A stretch of 64,000 nucleotides of DNA from the human T2T-CHM13v2.0 reference genome, Homo sapiens. The stretch is taken from NCBI RefSeq assembly GCF_009914755.1, contig NC_060946.1; one strand, written 5' to 3'. Under the pieces are notes generated by a model. That model saw nothing but the letters and a program-made list of their open reading frames with translations, searched no databases and had not been told where the DNA came from. Positions 57,690 through 64,000 of this stretch are shown piece after piece (the first letter of the stretch is position 1; each line of letters begins with the position of its first letter). Both the position numbers and the translations under genes were made by a program.

Positions 57690-58812
57690 ACATGTTTCAT
57701 ATGGCAGAAGTTGGAACAAGACAGAGAGAGGAAAGAGGTTCCACAGCCTTTTAAACTACTAGATCTCATGAGAACTCACTCACTATCAGGAGGATGGCAT
57801 TAAGGGCTTGGTGCTTTGCCATTTGTGAAGGATCCACTCCCACCCCTTTATGATTAAAACTTTTTCCACCTAGGCCCCGACTCTAACATTAGGGAGTGTA
57901 CTTTCACATGAGTTTTGGAAGGGGCATAGAGAAAAACCGTATTATTCTGTCCCTGACCCCACAAATCTCATGTCCTTCTCACATTGCAAGATACAGTCAT
58001 GCCTTGCCAGCAGTCTCCCAAAGTCTTAACTCATTTCAGCATTAACTCAAAGTTACAAAGTCCAAAGTCTCATCTGGGTCAAGGCTACATTCTCTTTTGC
58101 CTACGAGTCTCTGAAATAAAAAGCAAGTTCACTGCGTCTAAGGTACAATGATGGTACAGGCATTGTGTAAGCTTTCCATATCCAAAAGAGAGACATTTTC
58201 CAGAAAGCTTCTTATTTTTATCTGAGGCCCCCTCAGCCTGGCCTTCACTGTCCATGTTTTTGTCAGCATTCTTGTCACAGCCATTTAACCAGTCTCTAAG
58301 ATGATCCAAAAATGTTCTCATCTGTCTGTCTTCTTTGGAGCCCTCCAAACTCTTCCAACCTCTACCCATTACCCAGTTCCGAAGTTGCTTCCACATTTTC
58401 AGGTATATTTATAGCAATGCTCCAGTCCTCATTTGCCATTTTTGGTAAGATTTATCTTGAAAAAGAGGTTTAATTGGCTCATGGTTCTGCAGAGTGGACA
58501 GGAAGCTTAGTGCTTCTGCTTCTGGGGGGCCTCAGAAATCTTTCAATCATTGTGCAAGGTAATGAAAGAGTGAATTGTCTCACATGGCAAGAGGAAATCA
58601 CGGAGAGTAGGGAGTGATATAGAGTTTTCAGTGGCCAGATCTCACGAGAAGTCACTCATGATTGTGAGGACAGTACCAAGGGGATGGTGCTGAACCACTC
58701 ATGAGAAATTTGCCTTCATGATTCAATCACCTTATACCAGGATCCACCTCCAACATTAGGAAGCATAATTCAACATGAGATTTGGTGGGGACACATATTC
58801 GAATTGCCTCAT
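57690..58812 (-). mobile_element. MaLR MST-like element: partial LTR, deleted internal region, LTR
   Basis: Two LTR copies (AGATCTCA.GAGAA.TCACTCA...CATGAG.TTTGG) around THE1/MST-internal sequence (MWKQLRNWVMGRGWKSLEG on the minus strand). Confidence 0.8.
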
Positions 58813-58814
58813 CA

Positions 58815-59975
58815 GTCTTTGAGTATAAAGACATCCATAGCAGGCTTTATCCAGCCAGCTTCTTTGGGATTCTTTATAAGGTTTCAGATCTATAGGATAT
58901 CCACTAAAATATTCCTACTTCAAAAGGCAATAAAGTAAGTGGTATTATCATTCTTCAAAAAGTTATAATGGTAGTGTAGGCATTCATAGTATGATTTAGT
59001 TCATTTGCTACTGTTTCTATTCTATCACCATATTAACACTTCCCTACACAATTCTATATTCAGCTGGGTTTCAGTTGAGCACAAAGTCATCCTTGTACTA
59101 CCACCGATAGCTGGCACCAGCTCTTTGATACTGTTATCATTCTGCTGTAGAAAGTACCCGTGAACTGGAAAAAGTCCACACTCGAATAGCTAGTCATTCA
59201 ACACTATCAAATTTTAGGTGACTTTTTGAAAAAATAGTATCTCTTGTTGAAAGAAATGCTCCATCTGTGATTTCAAGTCTCTCACTTGAGTGAATTGGAT
59301 GGAAGTGGTGAATTTCAGCCAAAGTGGCCAAATAAATCCTGTTCCTGTGATAATGACGCCATCAGCCTCTGCACCTCTGTCTTCCCTTCTGCCACATGTT
59401 GTCTGTTCTCCGTGACTTTGGTAAGAGCTTCCTTGTGTATGTGGATGATGTCCAGGATGTTTGTCTTGTGTCCCTGAGACAGCACTAACAGGTCCATGGC
59501 TGGGTCCAGGTCCTTCCTGGACTGACCGGCAAGGAGCTTACTGATGTTCTTGAAGGCATCTCTGGTGAAGTGGATGGCCTAGTCAACTTCCAAGGCCTGG
59601 CTGAGGCTGAAGAAAAACTGGCCACCTTCTGATGCTCTTTCTAAAAGCCTGTCACTGTCATCTGCTTGCTTGTCAACTCATTGGCTGTGAGGTTGAGCTG
59701 AGTGGCCTGTGTCCATCTTCTTTGGGAAGCATTTGAAGCCATCAATCTTGCTCTCCCACCCCTAAAGGTTGATGGTCACCACCTGGGGATGTGCTGAGGG
59801 TCAGAAAGAAGCCAGCACTCACTATCTCATCCTTCTCAGCCTTCCTCTTGCACTCTCTCCAGGCTGTCTCTTCAGTGCTGGTGGGATATATCAGAAAGTG
59901 ATGGAAGATGTGGCACTGTGCCCTCACCCAGAAGCTGGCCATGTGGTTGGCTCATCCACCAGAATGGATGCTCTG
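58815..59975 (-). pseudogene. SNX18P: SNX18-derived processed pseudogene: end of PX domain, BAR domain and probable 3'UTR; 5' part absent
   Basis: Minus-strand frames give HMAS...[10 protein letters not shown]...[31 protein letters not shown]...DIIH...ALTKV.E...HVAEGK.EVQ and ATLAEIHHFH...VRDLKSQMEHF.QQ.I.FFQKVT, matching the SNX18 C-terminus. Frameshifted and intronless; coding part ends at about 59197. The left (3'UTR) boundary is uncertain. Confidence 0.88.
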
Positions 59976-62600
59976 GGTGCTCTTTAAGCCAGCTTGGCTT
60001 TGCCTAGCATGCACAGGCTCCGGGTACCGAAATGTTGCTCTGAGTGAGCTTGTCCTGCCTTGGGCCAAATTCTGTTAGGCCAGGGCCACAAAAGGCCGAG
60101 TCCCACGGGTGGTAATCCTGGCTGCTTTCTGCACTTCCACATAAAGACCTCCTGAAGATGGCCTGTGGTCTACCTCTTTGCAACCAAGAAGCCCGCAGTG
60201 CCATATGAATCCTCAGGCATGGACTGGAGCCCCCGAGGAAGCACACACCCTGCTCCTGAGCCTGCTGCTCATTTTCTCTGTGTGGCTCCATTTGTGTCAC
60301 AGTTGTTGCACAGACTTGTGCATGCTGGGCAAGGCCAAGCTGGCTCAAAAAGCAACCAGCCACCTCTGCAAGGTTGTGCCAGGAGCCGGTGGACCGGCCA
60401 CCAACCTCACTCACTGCTGGTCAGGTTACATCAGTTATTCTACCCTAGAGGTAGGGCCCCAGTGCCATATGCTTTTCCTCAGGCCTCTGCTCTATCAGTC
60501 ATCAGGCGGCAACCACTCAGGCTGTGGGAACCTGGCCATCCCTCCTTCCTTGAGTAGCTGAGGTTGCTGGCTTGTCCGCCTACTACAGGCACAGCCTTGC
60601 AGATGTGGCTAGTTGCTCTGAGCCAGCTTGGCCTTGCCTGGCATGCATAGGCCCCAGGTACTGACACTCTGCTCCGAGTCAGCTTGTCCTGCCTTGGGTC
60701 AAATTCTAAGTCTGGCCAGGGCCACAGAAGGCCCAGTCCCCTGGGTGCTAATCTTGGCTGCTTTCTGCACTTGAACATAAAGTCCTCCTCAAGAAAGCCT
60801 GTGGTCTGCCTGTTGGCGACCAAGAAACCTACAGTGCCATACGAGCCCTGAGGCATGGACTGGAGCCACAAAGGCAGTGCACGCCCCATTCCTGAGCCTG
60901 CTGATCATTTCCTCTATATGGCTCCATTTGTAGCACACTTGTTGCGGTGAGGCTTGTGCATGCCAGGCAAGGCCAAGCTGGCTCAAAGAGCAAGCAGCCA
61001 CCTCTGCAAGGGTGTGCCAGGAGCAGATGGACCAGCTGCCAACCTCACTCACTGCCAGACGTGGTACATCAGTTCTTCTACCCTAAAGGTGGGGCCAAGA
61101 GGCAGACCACAGGCCATCTTGAGGAGGACTTTATGTTCAAGTGCAGAAAGCAGGCAGGATTACCACCCTGGGTACTCGCCCTTCTGTGGCCCGCAGTGCC
61201 ATATGAGCCATGAGGCATGGACTAGTGCCATCTGCTTTATACAAAAAATAACTTAAGATTGATTAAAGAGTTAAATATGCCACCTGCTTTTCCTCAGGCC
61301 TCTGCTCCATCAGGCATCAGGTGGCAGCCACTCATGCTGTTGGAACCTCGCCATCCGGGCTTCCTTGAGCGGGTGAGGTTGCTGGCTTGTCCGCCTGCTA
61401 CAGGCACAGCCTTGCAGAGGTGGCTGGTTGCTCTGAGCCAGCTTGGCCTTGCCTGGCATGCATAGGCCCCAGGTACTGACACTCTGCTCCGAGTCAGCTT
61501 GTCCTGCCTTGGGCCAAATTCTAAGTCTGGAGAGGACCACAGAAGGCAGAGTCCCCTGGATGGTAATCCTGACTACTTTCTGCACTTGAACATAAAGTCC
61601 TCCTCAAGACAGCCTGTGGTCTGCAGCTAGGCAACCAAGAAACCCGCAGTGCCATAGGAACCATGAGGCATTGACTGGAGCCCCAAAGGCAGGGCACACC
61701 CTGTTTCTGAGCCTGCTGCTCGTTTCGTCTATGTGGCTCCGTTTGTTGCACAGTTATTACACTGAGGCTTGTGCATGCTGGGCAAACTCCAAGCCACTTA
61801 GAATTTGGTCCAAGGCAGAACAAGTTCACTGGGAGCAGCGTGTCAGTACCTGGGGCCTGTGCATGCCAGGCAAGGCCAAGCTGCCTTAAAGAGCAAACAG
61901 CCTCCTCTGCAAGGGTGTGCCAGGAGCCGGTGGACCCACCACCAACCTCACTCACTACCAGTCAGAGTACATCAGTTCTTCTACCCTAGAGGTAGGGCCC
62001 AACTGCCATCTGCTTTTCCTCAGGCCTCTGCTTGATCAGCCATCAGGCGGTGGCCACTCATGCTGTGGGAACCTGGCCATCCCTGCTTCCTTGTGTAGCT
62101 GAGGTTGCTGGCTGCTCCACCTCCTCCAGAAGCACCCTTGCAGTGGTAGCTGGTTGCTCTTTGAGCCAGCTTAGCCTTGCCTAGCATGTACAGGCCCCAG
62201 CTACTGACACACTACTCCGAGTGAGCTGGTCCTGCTTTGAGCCAAATTCTAAGTCTGGCCAGGGCCACAGAAGGCCGAGTCCCCTGGGTGGTAAACCTGG
62301 CTGCTTTCTGCCCTTGAACATAAAGTCCTCCTCGGCTGGTCTATGGTCTACCTCTTGGCAACCAAGAATCCTGCAGTCCCATACAAGTCCTGAGGCATGG
62401 ACTGGAGCCCCAAAGGCAGTGCACACCCTGCTTCTGAGCTTGCTGCTCATTTCCTCTGTGGGGCTCCATTTTTAGGAAAGTTGTTGCATTGAGGCTTGTG
62501 TATGCCGGGCAAGGCCAAGCTGGCTCAAAAAGCAACCAGCCGCGTTTGCAAGGGTGTGCCTGAAGTGGTTGGATTAGCCATCAACGTTGCCCACTAAAGG
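59976..62600. repeat. Palindromic tandem repeat of about 635 bp, 4 units (REP522-like)
   Basis: Unit starts GCCAGCTT(G/A)GC.TTGCCT.GCATG at 59988, 60622, 61437 and 62165; each unit contains a reverse-complement arm TGCATGC.GGCAAGGCCAAGCTG. The REP522 name is from memory. Confidence 0.75.
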
Positions 62601-62654
62601 AAGCAGGGAATGCATGTTTGTACCATGCATTTCACTACAGGTCATTTCCCCTGA

Positions 62655-63160
62655 GGTTGGTGGCCTAGGTTTTCTTCTAGATTTTTTATGGTTTTAGGTC
62701 TTACTTCTAACTCTTTCATCCATCTTACTTAATTTTTGTTTAAGGTGTATGGGTGTGGCCCAGTTTCAGTTTTCTGCATTTGGCTAGCCAGTTTTCCCAA
62801 CACCATTTATTAAATAGGGTATCCTTTCCCATTGCTTGTTTTTGTCAGGTTTGTCAAAGATCAGATGCTTTTAGATGTGTGGTGTCATTTCTGAGGGCTC
62901 TGTTCTGTTCCATTGGTCTATAGATCTGATTTGGTATCAGCCCCATGCTGTTTTGGTTACTGTAGCCTTGTAGAATAATTTGAAGTCAGGTACTGTGATG
63001 CCTCTAGCTTTGCTGTTTTTGCTTAGGATTGCCTTGGCTATGTGGGCTCTTTTTTGGTTCCATATGAAATTTAAAGTAGTTTTTCTAATTCTGTGAAGAA
63101 AGTAATGGTAGCTTGATGGGGACAGCAATGAGTCTATAAATTACTTTGGGTGGTATAGCA
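62655..63160 (-). mobile_element. L1PA inverted 5' segment
   Basis: Minus-strand ORF2 sequence ([19 protein letters not shown]...[16 protein letters not shown]). Confidence 0.88.
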
Positions 63161-63185
63161 GTCAGGCACAGAAATGTCCTTGTGT

Positions 63186-64000
63186 TAGGCAATACCATTC
63201 AGGACATAGCCATGGGCAGAGTCTTCATCACTAGAACACCAAAAGCAATGGCTACAAAAACCAAAATTTACAAATGGGATCTAACTAAACTTAAGAGTAT
63301 CTGCAGTGCAAAAGAAACTATTATCAGAGTGAACAGGCAACCCACAGAATGGGAGAACATTGTTGCAATCTATCCATCTGACAAAGGGCTAATATGCAGA
63401 ATCTACAAAGAACAAATTTACAAGAAAAAAAAACCATCAAAAAGTGAGCAAAGGGTATGAACAGACACTTACCAAAGAAGACATTTATACAGCCAACGAA
63501 CATGTGAAGCAAAGCACATCATCACTGGTCATTAGAGAAATGGAAATCAAAACCACAATGAGATACAATCTCACACCACTTAGAATGGTCATCGTTAAAA
63601 AATCAGGAAAAAACAGATGCTAGAGAGGATGTGGAGAAATAGCAAAGCTTTTACACAGTTGGTGGGAATATAAATTACTTCAACCATTGTGGAAGACAGT
63701 GTGACAATTCCTCAAGGATCTACAACTAGAAATATCATTTGACCCAGCAATCCCATTACTGGGTATATACCCCCAAAATTATAAATCATACTAATATAAA
63801 GACACATGAACCTGTCTGTTTATTGCGGCACTGTTCACAACAGCAAAGACTTGGAACCAACCCAAATGCCCACCAATGATAGACTGGATAAAGAAAATGT
63901 GGCATATATACACCACGAAATACTATGCAGCCATAAAAAGGGATGAATTCACGTCATTTGCTGGGACATGAATGAAGCTGGAAACCATCATTTTCAGCTA
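63186..64000 (+). mobile_element. L1PA sense 3' segment (continues past the window end)
   Basis: [30 protein letters not shown] in plus orientation. Confidence 0.9.

Noticed and set aside
60004-62535. Repeated ORFs in the palindromic array
   Set aside because: They recur on both strands only because the unit is tandem and palindromic; frames are not conserved between units.

Overview
Human/hominoid genomic DNA with the layout of a pericentromeric or acrocentric segmental-duplication mosaic. I see no intact protein-coding gene; the ORF track is almost entirely repeat-derived. From left to right: a decayed HERV-K (probably HML-3) gag-pro-pol fragment with a doubly deleted pol (1-2290); a MER4-group ERV internal region with an env-TM remnant, split by an L1PA7-like insertion whose 5'UTR carries a precise splice-type deletion (SpIRE-like); old L1M fragments; a CpG-rich promoter (GC box, YY1, ETS) with two canonical spliced exons of a probable lncRNA or transcribed pseudogene (23.0-25.3 kb); a complete MER57-type provirus with target-site duplication and a perfect tRNA-Leu primer-binding site; MaLR elements; a near full-length Tigger1; about 33 Alus; a 4.65-kb 48-bp CER satellite array; a degenerate 14-15-bp minisatellite; an SNX18 processed pseudogene; a palindromic REP522-like tandem array with internal inversions; and a twin-primed L1. 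I found no evidence for a new protein-coding system. The most interesting signals are records of RNA processing and DNA rearrangement: the spliced L1, an Alu-bounded inverted paralog 32 kb apart, templated insertions in the palindromic array, and many local tandem duplications. Repeat subfamily names come from recalled consensus sequences and need RepeatMasker/Dfam confirmation. Boundaries are approximate unless a TSD is quoted.
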